Assembly (NCBI GenBank): GCA_964016885.1
Contig: OZ024742.1
Span: forward strand, 118,730,001 to 118,794,000
From: Eledone cirrhosa
Lineage: Eukaryota
Direction of reading: 5' to 3'
DNA: 64,000 nucleotides
Shown: in pieces, positions 13,240-26,796 of the stretch
How positions within the stretch are numbered: position 1 is the first letter of the stretch
How the letters are laid out: the number at the start of each line of letters is the position of its first letter
The notes under the pieces: model-generated
Database searches by the model: none
What the model saw: only the letters and a program-made list of their open reading frames with translations
Told to the model about the DNA's origin: nothing
Made by a program: the position numbers and the translations under genes

Positions 13240-13700
13240 TGATTCCTTCAACAGTACAAAGAGACAATCACTGCACATATCGAGGAAACTCTTGTACATC
13301 ACTCTTTCTAGTCTTAGACTGGCAATCCTATATAGATAACATAGCAAAAACTGTATCCCAGACACTAGTCTTCAAGCCAGATAATATTTTTATCCTTGAA
13401 CATCTGATGATGTCTACAAAGATAACGAGAGATCCATTATAGAGAACTGATTTCATATTTTAGGTGGCACTGGTGCTATACAAAAACATCCAATACCACA
13501 TCTTGCCTGTAGATGTGCTGTCTCCTCATTCTGCCTTTTCTACAGCTACTAAAGTAGCTTCTGCTCCTTAGAGCTAGCTAGTTGCATGCCTATTTCATCC
13601 AAGTCCACCCATTTCTCCTCTCCTTATCACCTATCCATGTCCCACATATCTTTGTGAACATCCTTCCTTTTCTGTCCACAAAGATATTGTATATAATAAT
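13240..13700 (+). mobile_element. Decayed CR1/L2-group LINE 3' fragment
   Basis: Interrupted translations LDWQSYIDNIAKTVSQ and LFYSY...CSLELA resemble the CR1/L2 ORF2 C-terminal region. Confidence 0.5.
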
Positions 13701-14439
13701 TGTTTCTACTTTTGGCAGAGGGCCAGCAAATACCCAGTGTATTACTGGTACTATATAATAATGAAGTGTTAACATCTGTCTATTAGTGTTGCCTAAAATC
13801 TATAGATGTATTCAGTAGTATATTATAGCCTTAACGCTATTTATTTAACAAACTAATAGAATGAAAAAAAAATGGATATCGAATAAAATAGGAAACATAA
13901 TAGTGTATTTAATTCAGCATCTTAACTTTTTGGTGGTGAATTTTTTCTTTTATAAAGACCATAAAAGATTTTATGATAGTCTGTTGTACAAGAGCGGTAA
14001 TTGAAAGCAGAGTATTCTCCCTTGGTTTGTATAGAAAAATTTCTAATTTCAATTTTTTTAATTATTATTTTGTTTTCGAAAAAGAAGCTTTGATAATTCA
14101 ATCTGCAATTTAAAATCTAATATGTCTGCTACATAAAATTTGAAGTTGCAAAAGTTTTAAAAACTTCAAAATTTATTGAGAAATAAATCGGGTATTACAA
14201 TTTTAATAATTTTAAATATTTTTTAAAGTTCTTTCCACTGTTATATTACTCAGTATTTTCTTTGATGTTAGTTACTAAGTAACAGCAAATAATAAATTTC
14301 TGTCTACTTCTGAATGTTAATATATAGCATATATTTAGCATTCAGATTAACATTTTCTATTAAATATTTTTTGCTTGATGTAGTGGTCTAAAAAGTCATA
14401 GTATGCACTTTATAACTGTTGTGCATGGAAGTCAAAATA

Positions 14440-15995
14440 TTTGATTATAGTTTGCAGGAAACTTTAATGGGTATGTTGGGCAACACTGTGATGGTTTTGG
14501 TAGAATCTGTAGGGGCTATGAGGAAGGTTTCAGGCTCCTGAAATTCTGTAATGCAATGATCTATCTATAACACGAACTTCAAAGAATGCGACAATCACTT
14601 GATCACATATAGATCAGGGGAGCACACCAGCCAGATAGATTTTATCCTTACCAGAATACGAGACAGTGATAGTTGTAAACACTAAGTCCCTCCCTAGTGG
14701 TTAGCAACCTTATAGTTAGGGCTTGACGACAGAGGTATTTTGATTGATGCTATTGACTGTAAGGAAGAACAAATAGAGACATACAATATAGAGGAGCAGT
14801 GAGAATTCCTGAAAGATAACCTACTGAAGGCGACAAATAAAATCTGTGGTTGGAGCATGTCTCTAGGGAGGAGAGTGACTTGGTGGTGGTGGAACAGTAG
14901 GGTAGATAAGACAATTAAGGTCAAAAGAATGGCAGAATGGGGGAAATAGAGAACACTGCCAGGATGCTAGGAGAGAAGCTAGGCAACAAGTGTACTTTGC
15001 AAGAAGAGAAGCATGTTCTGCAATATGAGGACCATGATTGCGAGGCAGTGTGTCAGGGAAAATTGTGATGTTGATAGCATACTTGCCCTCACTGACACTG
15101 AAAAGAATGGTAGCATGGAAGTGCCACAATGAAAGACTACTAAATGAGGAGAATGCATGAGAAGATAGTTTGCCCCAAGTTGGCACAATAGAAGGACTGA
15201 CTGTACAAGTTAACAGTAGTATAGTAAGTAAAGCAATCAAGGATATGGCAGGTAAAGTAGCTGGACCTTTGGGGATAGTTGTCGAGATGCTGAAATCATC
15301 TGGGCTGGTGGGTCACGCCATAGGCATTTGTATTGAAAACCAAGTAATACAAAATGGTGTCATACCTAATGACTGGTGTAGCAGCAGCAGCACTGTCAAT
15401 GCTGTAAGGAGATGCTCTAGACAGAATACTATAGAGGCATCAAGTTCTTTGACCAGGTCATGAAGGTCAGAAAGAGTTATACCACAGCTGATTAGATACC
15501 AAGTTAACGTAGATGAGATGCAGTTTGGATTTGTGCCAGGTAAAAGTACCACAGATGCTCTCTTCCTTGTGAGGCAACTGCAGATGTACCCAGCTAAAAG
15601 TAAACCCCCTCTACTTGACATTTGTTGACCTGGAGAAAGCTTTTGGCATAGTCCCCCGTTCCATTATCTGGTAGGCTCTTAGAAAACTAAGAGTAGATGA
15701 ATGGCTTGTGAGAGCAGTACAAGCCGTGTATAGAGGAACAGTCAGTAAGGTTAGGATTAACAATGACTATAGTGAAGAATTTAGTGTGCAGGTAGCTGTC
15801 CGTTCTAAGCCCTCTCCTGTTTATTATCGTCCTGCAGTCTATAACAAGAATTTATCACTGGTTGCCCATGGGAACTTCTGTATACAGATGATCTAATCCT
15901 TATAGATTAAAGTATGTAGAAAGGAAAACAGGTCCCAGATTCCCTCAGGGAAATGGCCTCACTCTGTGCAGGAAAAGAGTAGGTAGAAATTCCTC
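14440..15995 (+). mobile_element. Decayed RTE-clade LINE (APE plus RT remnants)
   Basis: Remnant motifs FNGYVG, QIDFILT, TWWWWN, YRGIK and MQFGFVPGKSTTDALFLVRQLQ; many stops and frameshifts. Confidence 0.85.
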
Positions 15996-16739
15996 CCTAT
16001 GAGAGTCAACGGCCATCCAATAGTGTGTACATATGTATATATTGTGTGGATGTGTAAATATGTTTGTTAATTTAAGAGTGTGCACAGCTGTAATAGCTTT
16101 CACTTGTTGGCACTGGAAGATCTTTTGTTGTATCTGTGTGTCTGTTCAACATGCCACACAGCGAACTGATGACGTGCAATATATGCTCATTCAAGCTGAA
16201 CACCTAGCCTCTCTGTTTGAAGGCTGACCTATGTGGTGAAGAGCCACATCCTAAATGAGGTGCCGCTGATACAGCTATCATTGGATAGTCTAGCAGAACA
16301 GGTCAGATCTAGAGGAGTAAGCCTCAATAACAGTCCTGCTTGTCTCATAGTAAGCAGTAGCTCATGCGGCAACCATTAGTTTAATTAGATGACCTTGGCA
16401 TAGTGAACACCAGTGTCTTCACAGATGATCAACTATTAATTCAACAATGGGTTGGGCACAACTGCTCCAGTTAGATCTATAAGTATGCAGGTGTGGCAAG
16501 CCACATATATTCTAGGCATAAAAAGCAAAATGCTTCACATTCGATGCAGGGGTGACTCAAGAAAAAGAAGACTTTAAAATCTAGATGTACCATTACCCAC
16601 TGTCTCTTTGGAAGTAGAGTGAAACTACTTAAAGAAATGTTATTTCAATACTGGGCATAGCATTATCTAATGTTCCTTTAAAAATAGAGTGAAGGGATTT
16701 GAAGAAATGTTATTGCAATACCAGACGTATTGTTATCCA

Positions 16740-18640
16740 GGATTTAATACCAGGGTGCTTGGATGGAGAAAATACCATATCTGGTAATGGCATGCTTAAA
16801 GATGACCGAGTATACTGGATCTCTGACTCTTCCTTTTGGCTCTGGGACATTTTTCAGCCACACCTTGGTAACTGCTTCTGCTTGCAGTGCTAAACTTAGT
16901 GAAGGACTGAACATTTGGAGAAGAGATGAGCACCACCAAACATTTGTAAGGCTCACTGAAATTTCATGGTGGACATGGTCAAACATGTAGAGTGGCACTG
17001 CAAACAACTGGCTGCACAAGCTGTGGAGACTTGAGTGATTATTTATTGATCATGTGTAGCTCTAGGCCAGTTTTGATTGAGCAGACCTATCATGTAGGCA
17101 ACCAAATAACAAGTCATGACTGAATCACATATCTATTCTAGATTTAACCATGACACCACCAAGCTGAGCCCTAGCATGTTGAAACATGCAGTGATGAATT
17201 GTATCGAGTGCAGATACACAGATATATATAGATAGAAACTGGATATCAAACAGAGACTTTTCATTAATTTGATTTAAACATTTTTGGCCATGTGAACATT
17301 CGGCTATATAGGATGTCCTCAAGGGTTCTGGTGGTGGCCACAATCATAGCAGCAAAGTAAGGTTGGTCAGAACATAACAGTTGGAGTTTCTCTGCACTTA
17401 TCATTTGTCTTGCAACACTGTTGTAGGGTGTGAAAGTAAACAGTTTGTAACAAGACATTGCTTAACTGACTAGTGGCTAGAATGATGAATTTTTGAAAAG
17501 GGGCTCACAATATTTAAAGGATATGAAAAGGTACAAATACCAAATCTCTATATATGATGTTTGCTCCGTCTATCTGACAGACAGATTATGCTTCATTGAT
17601 GTGTATCTGGTGCTCTTCTTTCTGAGGAGCTGTTTTGCTCTCCCCAAACTCCTCTTCACGCTGTGCCTTGTCACCCTCATGCAGATTGCCTCATCAAACT
17701 CGATACTGTGTTGAACTAATCTACAATGTCAGTTTTAACAGCAGAAGCTGTGAAATTCAGTGGCTTTGACCTCCAAGTGGCTTCTGACCTGGCACTGTCA
17801 TCTTAACTACCCTCCATCACCTCGTGCTGCACATTCATCAGAAAGGTGCTTCACAAGACAGCAGAACCAGATATGGACAGAAAATGGAGTCAGCTCTGGC
17901 TGACTGGATTGATGAAGGCTTCGTCATCCCTTAGTATACAGGTGTCCAATGCAACTAGGATGACTTCAAATGCAGTTCAACCTTCAGGAAAATCGAGGCT
18001 TCCTTGAACCAATACCATCTTGCCTGCCTATGTTCTGCCTTGTAGCTAATTAGTAACATGTGGTTCGATTCAGTGCCCTCCTTATCAATCAGTACCCTTG
18101 CATCAGAGTAGCCCAGTGCCTTGGCCTCTGCATATGTAACACAAATGCCCTTTTTAACTGGCTTGGTCTGTATCTATCCTGCTGCCATAGCACAGGCTGC
18201 TTCCTTCTATATGCTGCTCTAAATGACATTCAGGAGCCTAATGCAGCCAGCTGGCCTTGACCGTGATGATGGTAAGCGCCTAGACAGGATAACTCTTTTC
18301 CCATTCGAAGGAGGTAAATACCTAATCTGGAATGCCACATGCTGCGACTCATTCACCACCTCCAGCTATGTCGCTGTGGCCGATAACTCAGGCACTACTG
18401 CCCACAATGCAGAGGAGAAGAAGACAACCAAATACAAGGGCTTGACTGACTGCTTCCTTTTCATGCAAGTTACTGGTGAGATCTCAGGTTTCCTCGAACT
18501 GCTGCTTCCTCTTCAAAATTGGGAAGACTGCAACCCACCTGAGAAAGGAAGCTCGTGGGGTAGGGTGGCTGTTGCAGTGGGTGTCATTGACTGTTTTCGA
18601 CAGCAATATCTTTGCGATTTTGTCTGCAGGGCATAGCCGA
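16740..18640 (+). mobile_element. Decayed CRE-type non-LTR retrotransposon (zinc-knuckle/restriction-like endonuclease C-terminus)
   Basis: LSCCHSTG...ALNDI, then PAGLDRDDGKRLDRITLFPFEGGKYLIWNATCCDSF...AEEKKTTKY fit the DGKRPDG...WD...AE..K..KY pattern. Best supported at 17980-18640; left boundary uncertain. Confidence 0.65.
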
Positions 18641-19069
18641 AACAAACAGCTCAGAATAGTGTGTAGTCTATTGCTCCTTCCCCCTTCATTTTATTTTGTT
18701 GCTTAGTTTCTCTATTTTCATTTGCATATTGCCATTTATATTGTAGTTTCAATAAATTAAACTTTATTAGTTGATAGACCAGTTTTCAGTAAAAATTTTA
18801 TTTTTATTTCTTTATTTTAAAAACAAACTGTTATATCTACCAGTAATATCTATATTTCACTGTCCCTTTCTGTCTGCTGCCTCTCTCGGCAATAAATCAA
18901 TTTATATCTTTTCATAAAGTCAGTCGATGGAACAAACAGACAGGACATGAGCAAACAGTAACGGTTGTTAAGCTGTTTAATGTAAATACAAACATGCACA
19001 TGCGCACATGTAATATATATAATGTGTATATTGTTTCATAAACACACCCACTACATGTGTTTATATATA

Positions 19070-19955
19070 TCTATATATATAAAACTGAGGTGTCTGTCTG
19101 TGTGAGTTTGAATCTCTAAAACTCGGGAACCACCCAACCGACTGTTTTCAAACTTTACACATGTAATACTAAAATTTTCAATGCCCTAGGGACCGCATTA
19201 GGCGATTTAGCGATCCCTCTCTATAATTCTTAGTCTTTCTCTTTTTAGATAGATACATACATATAACGTCGCGCCCTTATAGTATCTGTCTCTATCGCTG
19301 GCTGTCTGCATTATGTCACTTCCCTGAGGATGTCTGTCTGTGTGTTGTGTGTGTGTCTGTGAGTTTGAATCCCTGAAACTCGAGAAGTACCCAACCGATT
19401 TTTTTCAAACTTTACATGTGTATTACTTATGTTTCAGGGAGTGATATGTACATAAAATTAAACATTTTGTCTCCTAGGGCCAGCATGAGGTGAAAAACTG
19501 CGTTTTTTAAGCTTTTTAGGATGTTTTTGAGGCGTTACGTCAGACTGATTTCCTTGAAATTGTAACTATGTATTAGTCAGTCTCTTCTTCATACCGTGAG
19601 CAAAGAAAATCCAACTTTTTTATGGCCTAGGGCCCGCATTAAGTGAAAAACTTCATTTTTTCAACTTTTTAGGGCTTTTTGGAGGCGTTACGTCTAGCCG
19701 ATTTTCCCGAAATTTCAAAGCATATTATGCACATACAAAAAATTCATTTTTTTTATCCCCTAGGGCCCGCATTAGGTGAAAACCTGCATTTTTCCTGCTT
19801 CATCGAGGAAAATCTTAAAGATTATCCAGCCATCAGAGTATTCGGTTTATTTTCTTTACATATTGTCGAGGCATGAAGTTTTTCCACGATTAGGTCTGTT
19901 GGCGTCACGCGTTCCAAAATACCTTATCCCGTGCAACGCCGGGTACCACTGCTAG
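19070..19955 (+). mobile_element. Non-autonomous Helitron
   Basis: A|TCTATATATATAAA start; subterminal hairpin CCCGTGCAACGCCGGG; CTAG|T end; no TSD; internal duplicated blocks. Confidence 0.85.
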
Positions 19956-21019
19956 TATTATATAAAATAGAATATTACTTATTCCTTTAGCAAACTAATA
20001 TTTATAAATATATTTCTTATAAAAGTTAGCTTTATTGTCGATGTCCAACTGGTTATTGAAATTATATTTACACTATCAAATCTTTTATTTAAATATTCAA
20101 TGTAGCAGACATGGTTCTATTGTAGATGTTTGTCAGCTTGGTCGTAGTTGTCAAACTGGTTATTGAAATTGCAAGACTATTTACATTGTCAAATCTGTGT
20201 GAAATAGTCAATGTAGGTAGGTTACTTGGTTCTATTGCCACTCGAACAAAATATTGAAGGTAACGTGCACAATGAAAGCTTAAATTTGTTATCTTCCATT
20301 TACAATGGATGACCAGGTCATCAAATGATGACCAGGTGCATAAGTGTCAAAATATGTTTTTGACATGTCCTTAAAAATATAAACAAATCAAGAATATTTC
20401 AAATTTTACAAAAACAAATCAAAACTATTCAGGGTAAATTTATAAAAAAAAAAAAAGTACCCGCTTCTAGTTCGTTATGGGAACTATATACAAAAATTAA
20501 CGTATTTAAAAAAAAAAAACATATTCGTAATCTACATCATAGAAAATGTACCACTTCCAAATTTTATTTTAATATACTCTGTCCTTTACTGTGGAAAGTA
20601 AACTTAACTGAATTCATTTGTGTCTGGTGGGTCTGATGTAAAAACCTTACAACAGTTCAGATTAATTCTACAGTTAACGATAATTCTGGATTATAATGTG
20701 CTGTCTTTGTTTCGCGAATAAATTAAAGGTTGTCAATAACAATATTTTAAACTGAAAGAAATATTGTTCACATATGACAAGGAGAATTTACAGTAAATCA
20801 AAGTATATTTATATTATGGAACAAACAACAAATCCACAAAATAAACAATTACAGAAGAGAGAAAGATTGGGCCCCATTTGCTCATAATAGTGAGAGATGG
20901 GAGAGCGGGAGAGACTGAGACATGAAAGTTTGGTTCCTTTGTGTTCAGACTTGGTGTATATGTATATGTTTCACAGACACACATCCATAGAAGGAGTGCT
21001 AAAACAAATTTTACAGTAT

Positions 21020-21290
21020 GTCTTATCTGAGGCTTCCCCATGATATTAACAAATACTGTGACTTGACGGACCGCTCCTTCTTCGTACCGGTCGGCGTTGG
21101 GACCTCGGTTGCCCAACTGCCAATTTCCCCAGCAAAATCGGAAAGACAGCAGCCAGTCCGAGGAAGGAACCTCTTGAGACGGGGCTGCTGTTTCAGCGGA
21201 TATCGCTGGCCATTCTCTGTAGCAATACTTTCGCCATATTTTTCTGCGAGGCACAGCCGAATCACAGCTCAGACTGGGGTGTAGAGTCCT
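21020..21290 (-). other. GC-rich, stem-loop-rich island; candidate first exon/5' UTR or ncRNA
   Basis: Sharp GC and CpG rise; AAAATATGGCG motif; short ORF 21237-21193; several stems. No recognised family, and strand is tentative. Confidence 0.4.
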
Positions 21291-21964
21291 TCACTCCCCC
21301 TCACTTTCGTTGCTTAATTCTCTTTGTCTTTTTTAAACATTATCCCGCCTTTCATCCTTACGGAGTCGATAAAATAAAGTACCAGTAATGCACTGTGCCA
21401 AAAAGTAGAAACAATTATTAATTTTTAATTGTAAATATTATAGAAAAAAAATTACAGAAAATGTTTTTCAAAAGTAATAGCTAATAAAATTAAACCTAGT
21501 TTCTTTGGAAATTGGAAAAGTATTCGAAAAGTTCGGTAAAAGTCTTATGATATAATAGATAAAGCAGAACAATTTAAGGGGTTTGCCAGCTTTGAAGACA
21601 ATTGAAAATGTTTTGTGGATGAAGAACTAAGCGACATTGATATGAATGAACGCCAACTTTGTCAACCGAGATTGAACGACAAATTGAAATGAAAGAGGAA
21701 TTGGAAATATTGAAAAATGGGAGATTAGCCTTTATGGATAATTAATGTCAATAGTACGATTGAGTTTAAAACTATGGCACTTCTATTTAAAATACCTCTT
21801 AAAACGGATTGATATGTCATAAAAAATTAAAGCGTTAAATGTTTCAAATAATATATAAAAAATACATTTAAATCCAAACACAATTAAATAACAAGATTTA
21901 ATGCAAAACCATTTGCTCAAACACAAGTACAATCAAAATAATATTCAGTAGCCATAATTGAACA

Positions 21965-22216
21965 TTAGGTATAAATTATTGGAGTAAATTCCTTTAGAAC
22001 AGGCTTGTATATCTGAGGTACGTGCTTAACAGGAGGTTTCTTTTTCACAGTTTTTTGAAGTTCCCGGCGGCGAATATTCTTTCTTTGCCTTCTTGATCGC
22101 TTGATTTGTTCAGAATCTGCCGACTGGTTAACTTCGCTGGAATTTGGACTTTCTGCAGACATATTGGAGCTGCTTTTTGTTTCAATATTGTCCTCCGAAT
22201 CAGATGTAGCGGGCAT
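21965..22216 (-). CDS. Candidate 83-aa protein with Ser/acidic N-terminus and Arg/Lys-rich C-terminus
   Basis: AAATATGC start; non-repetitive ORF MPATSDSEDN...KRSRRQRKNIRRRELQKTVKKKPP...; ATTAAA about 65 nt after the stop. No homolog recognised. Confidence 0.4.
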   Translation of the reverse strand: MPATSDSEDNIETKSSSNMSAESPNSSEVNQSADSEQIKRSRRQRKNIRRRELQKTVKKKPPVKHVPQIYKPVLKEFTPIIYT

Positions 22217-22404
22217 ATTTAACTTGGTGCTTTTTCCCCTCAACAATAATAGCTGACAAAGATTAAATACGCTGCGTTTGTTTCGCAACTGTAAAAAGTT
22301 CTGGATGAGTCTATTATCCGTTAGAATGTTTGGTATTTCACAGAGAACAAAATAACAAACGCCATTAAATTTTCTCAAAAACTAACTTCTATATATGCCG
22401 GTGC

Positions 22405-22647
22405 TTATCTCGGTTTCCATGGCGTTACGCAACTGAAGGTACAATACTAACCCTTGGACAGGACGTCAGTCCATCGCAGGGTTAAATTCCCAGCAATTGC
22501 TGGTACTCATTTTTAGTTGAATATACTGGAGCAACATGAAATGAAGTGTTTTGCTCAAGAACACAACACACAACCCAGCGCAGGAATTGGACCCACAACG
22601 TTATGGTCATAAGTCCAACACCCTTACCACTAGGTCACGTGCTTCCA
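22405..22647 (-). mobile_element. tRNA-derived SINE (different body)
   Basis: Shares GGAGCAAC.TGAAATGAAGTGTTTTGCTCAAG.ACACAAC core and a tRNA-like head with the other SINEs. Confidence 0.7.
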
Positions 22648-23117
22648 TGTAACTTCTTTGACCTGTAATTCCTGGTGGAGTTGTAAGGACACTGTAGTGA
22701 CATACAGAAGTTCTTGGGTATTTTTTAAATATGGCAGAACCCATCTCCAAAAACCAGGTGTGAAAACAGGCGATTACTTCTTGAGAAGGAGAGAGAGAGT
22801 GATAGAGAGGAAGTAAGAAGGAGAGAGAGTGGTAGAGAAGAAGATATGAGATAAAAAAGAAGAAACAACCCTAGTTTTGTCTGTAAAATCTCTAGCAATT
22901 CCTTTCTGAGACTTCCGACCTCATATCTGTAGTATCAGAACTATACTCTCCTGACGCAAAGAAGCAGCAGCTCCACCTGGTGTGACTACTTAATCTCCAA
23001 ATTATGCACGCTATTGAGTAACGTTATGGAGAGAATATATGTTGCTCACCACTCCTGCATACTCATTGATATTTCCGCTAACTGGAGCAGTTGTGCCAAC
23101 CCATTGTCGAATTAATA

Positions 23118-23178
<61 letters not shown>

Positions 23179-23179
<1 letters not shown>

Positions 23180-26100
23180 TAGCATTAAAGCCCGGCGTTG
23201 CTCGGGGTCAGTAAGTTACCAAAGTTAGGTTGCACCACCCATTTTATGGCAGCACTTTTTTGTCTACCAGGCACTGGGTGAATGAATTGCAGACCTGGAC
23301 TGCCGAAGCAGGAGCTGCGCCAGCAGTGACAATTGTAGTTTCGCCTATGGATATTATCTCTGTGCAAAGAAGTGTTGAAATTTATTGTTTCACAGTACTT
23401 GCGCAACACGCGCGTAGACGATGCCAGCCGAACAACAGAGCTGCGATGGAGTTGTTCTGCATGGTTGTCTAATGTGTGTTTTTTAAATTTAAGACAGTAG
23501 GGAGTGGTGTGATAGGGGGGATAGTTAGCTGCTATTTCTAGCAGGTTTAGTGTCCTCATAGAGGATATGTTTTCTAAATTTAAGACAGTAGGGAGTGGTG
23601 TAATAGGGGGGATAGTTAGCTGCTGTTTCTAGCAGGTTTAGTGACCTCATAGAGGATATGTTTTCTAAATTTAAGACAGTAGGGAGTGGTGTGATAGGGG
23701 GGATAGTTAGCTGCTGTTTCTAGCAGGTTTAGTGACCTCATAGCGGATATGTTTTCTAAATTTAAGACAGTAGGGAGTGGTGTGATATGGGGGAGAGTTA
23801 GGTGCTGTTTCTAACAGGTTTAGTGACCTCATAGAGGATATGTTTTCTAAATTTAAGACAGTAGGGAGTGGTGTGATGGGGGGGGGGGGGGAGTTAGCTG
23901 CTGTTTCTAGCAGGTTTAGTGACCTCATAGAGTATATTATTGTGTATAGTAAATAAACTGATACTTCTTTCTTCCACGTTCGTTGATAGAGGTTTTAAAA
24001 AAGATTTATCGCTATTTTTGTTGTTGAATAAATTTATCTGTTGCTTTTGAATAATTGTTGTTTCGAATGAAATGTAATAAGTTCTCTTTGTCATTGAAGT
24101 AAATACATATTTGACCGTTCCACACTCAAAACAAACGTTCTCTCTCTCTTAAAGTTTAAGGGGTGTAGAGAGAGATAATCGGATTCTATTAGAGAGTAAG
24201 CGTCATGTATTTAGTTTTATCGATTATTTCCGTAATTGTGGGTGAGTGTGAATGAAATAAATAGTCGTTGACCTAAGTTAGACCATTTACAACATTCTTA
24301 TCGAATCAGTTTGAAATTGTGCAAATGTATAAACATGGAACATGCACACACACAACAACAATCTGCCTTTTATAGATAACTAGCGTTAAAGCCCGGCGTT
24401 GCTCGGGGTCAGTAAGTTACCAAAGTTAGGTTGCACCACCCATTTTATGGCAACACTTTTTTGTCTGCCAGGCACTGGGTGAATGAATTGCAGACCTGGA
24501 CTGCCGAAGCAGGAGCTGCGCCAGCAGTGACAATTGTAGTTTCGCCTATGGATATTATCTCTGTGCAAAGAAGTGTTGAAATTTATTGTTTCACAGTACT
24601 TGCGCAACACGCGCGTAGACGATGCCAGCCGAACAACAGAGCTGCGATGGAGTTGTTCTGCATGGTTGTCTAATGTGTGTTTTTTAAATTTAAGACAGTA
24701 GGGAGTGGTGTGATAGGGGGGAGAGTTAGCTGCTGTTTCTAGCAGGTTTAGTGTCCTCATAGAGGATATGTTTTCTAAATTTAAGACAGTAGGGAGTGGT
24801 GTAATAGGGGGGATAGTTAGCTGCTGTTTCTAGCAGGTTTAGTGACCTCATAGGTTTTCTAAATTTAAGACAGTAAGGAGTGGTGTGATAGGGGGGATAG
24901 TTAGCTGATGTTTCTAGCAGGTTTAGTGACCTCATAGAGGATATGTTTTCTAAACTTAAGACAGTAGGGAGTGGTGTGATAGGGGGGATAGTTAGCTGCT
25001 GTTTCTAGCAGGTTTAGTGACCTCATAGAGGATACGTTTTCTAAATTTAAGACAGTAGGGAGTGGTGTGATAGGGGGGAGAGTTAGCTGCTGTTTCTAGC
25101 AGGTTTAGTGACCTCATAGCGGATATGTTTTCTAAATTTAAGACAGTAGGGAGTGGTGTGATATGGGGGAGAGTTAGGTGCTGTTTCTAGCAGGTTTAGT
25201 GACCTCATAGAGGATATGTTTTCTAAATTTAAGACAGTAGGGAGTGGTGTGATGGGGGGGGGGGGGTTAGCTGCTGTTTCTAGCAGGTTTAGTGACCTCA
25301 TAGAGGATATGTTTTCTAAATTTAAGACAGTAGGGAGTGGTGTGATATGGGGGAGAGTTAGCTGCTGTTTCTAGCAGGTTTAGTGACCTCATAGAGTATA
25401 TTATTGTGTATAGTAAATAAACTGATACTTCTTTCTTCCACGTTCGTTGATAGAGGTTTTAAAAAAGATTTATCGCTATTTTTGTTGTTGTTGAATAAAT
25501 TTATCTGTTGCTTTTGAATAATTGTTGTTTCGTATGAAATGTAATAAGTTCTCTTTGTCATTGAAGTAAATACATATTTGACCGTTCCACACTCAAAACA
25601 AACGTTCTCTCTCTCTTAAAGTTTAAGGGGTGTAGAGAGAGATAATCGGATTCTATTAGAGAGTAAGCGTCATGTATTTAGTTTTATCGATTATTTCCGT
25701 AATTGTGGGTGAGTATGAATGAAATAAATAGTCGTTGACCTAAGTTAGACCATTTACAACATTCTTACAGACTTTGAGTCGAATCAGTTTGAAATTGTGC
25801 AAATGTATAAACATGGAACATGCACACACACAACAACAACAATCTGCCTTTTATAGATAACTAGCGTTAAAGCCCGGCGTTGCTCGGGGTCAGGAAGTTA
25901 CCAAAGTTAGGTTGCACCACCCATTTTATGCCAACACTTTTTTGTCTGCCAGGCACTGAGTGAATGAATTGCAGACCTGGACTGCCGAAGCAGGAGCTGT
26001 GCCAGCAGTGACAATTGTAGTTTCGCCTATTGATATTATCTCTGTGCAAAAAAGTGTTGAAATTTATTGTTTCACAGTACTTGCGCAACGTGCGTAGACG

Positions 26101-26786
26101 ATGCCAGCCGAACAGAGCTGCGATGGAGTTGTTCTGCATGGTTGTCTAATATGTGTTTTCTAAATTTAAGGCAGTAGGGAGTGGTGTGATAGGGTGGAGA
26201 GTTAGCTGCTGTTTCTAGCAGGTTTAGTGACCTCATAGAGTATATTATTGTGTATAGTAAATAAACTGATACTTCTTTCTTCCACGTTCGTTGAGAGGTT
26301 TCAAAAAAGATTTATCGCTATTTTTGTTGTTGTTGAATAAATGTATCGGTTGCTTTTGAATAATTGTTGTTTCGTATGAAATGTAAAAAGTTCTCTCTGT
26401 CATTGAAGTAAATAAATGTTTGACCGTTCCACACTCAAAAACAAACGTTCTCTCTCTCTCTCCCCTCTCACTCTCTTCTCTCTCTCTCTCTTCGGCGTTC
26501 CTAAAGGAAGTTTGTAAGCATGTATGTAGTTTTATTGAATTTGAAGGGGAGTAGATAGAGGTAATCAGATTCTATTAGAGGGGTAAAGCGTCATGTATTA
26601 GTTTTATCGATTATTTCCGTAATTGTGGGTGAGTGTGAATGAAATAAATAGTCGTTGACCATTTAGTTAGACCATTTACAACATTCTTACAGACTTTGAG
26701 TCGAATCGGTTTGAAATTGTGCAAATGTATAAACATGGAACATGCACACACACACACAACAACAACAATCTGCCTTTTATAGATAA
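23179..26786 (-). mobile_element. Head-to-tail trimer of non-autonomous Helitrons (23179-24379, 24380-25860, 25861-26786)
   Basis: Each unit on the minus strand starts TTATCTATAAAAGG and ends CCCGAGCAACGCCGGG...CTAG. An internal 91-bp repeat is present 5, 8 and 1 times. Confidence 0.85.
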
Positions 26787-26796
26787 TGATGATGAT

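Noticed and set aside
21020-21290. Known snRNA, 7SK, SRP, RNase P/MRP, telomerase RNA or HDV-like ribozyme
   Set aside because: Only short incidental matches; the diagnostic motifs (GAAAGUCCCC, GGAAGGUCUGAG, telomeric template, P1.1 GG) were not found in the required order.
23470-25400. ORFs and array-like periodicity in the 91-bp repeat
   Set aside because: Internal tandem repeat of a non-autonomous Helitron; the ORFs are repeat translations.
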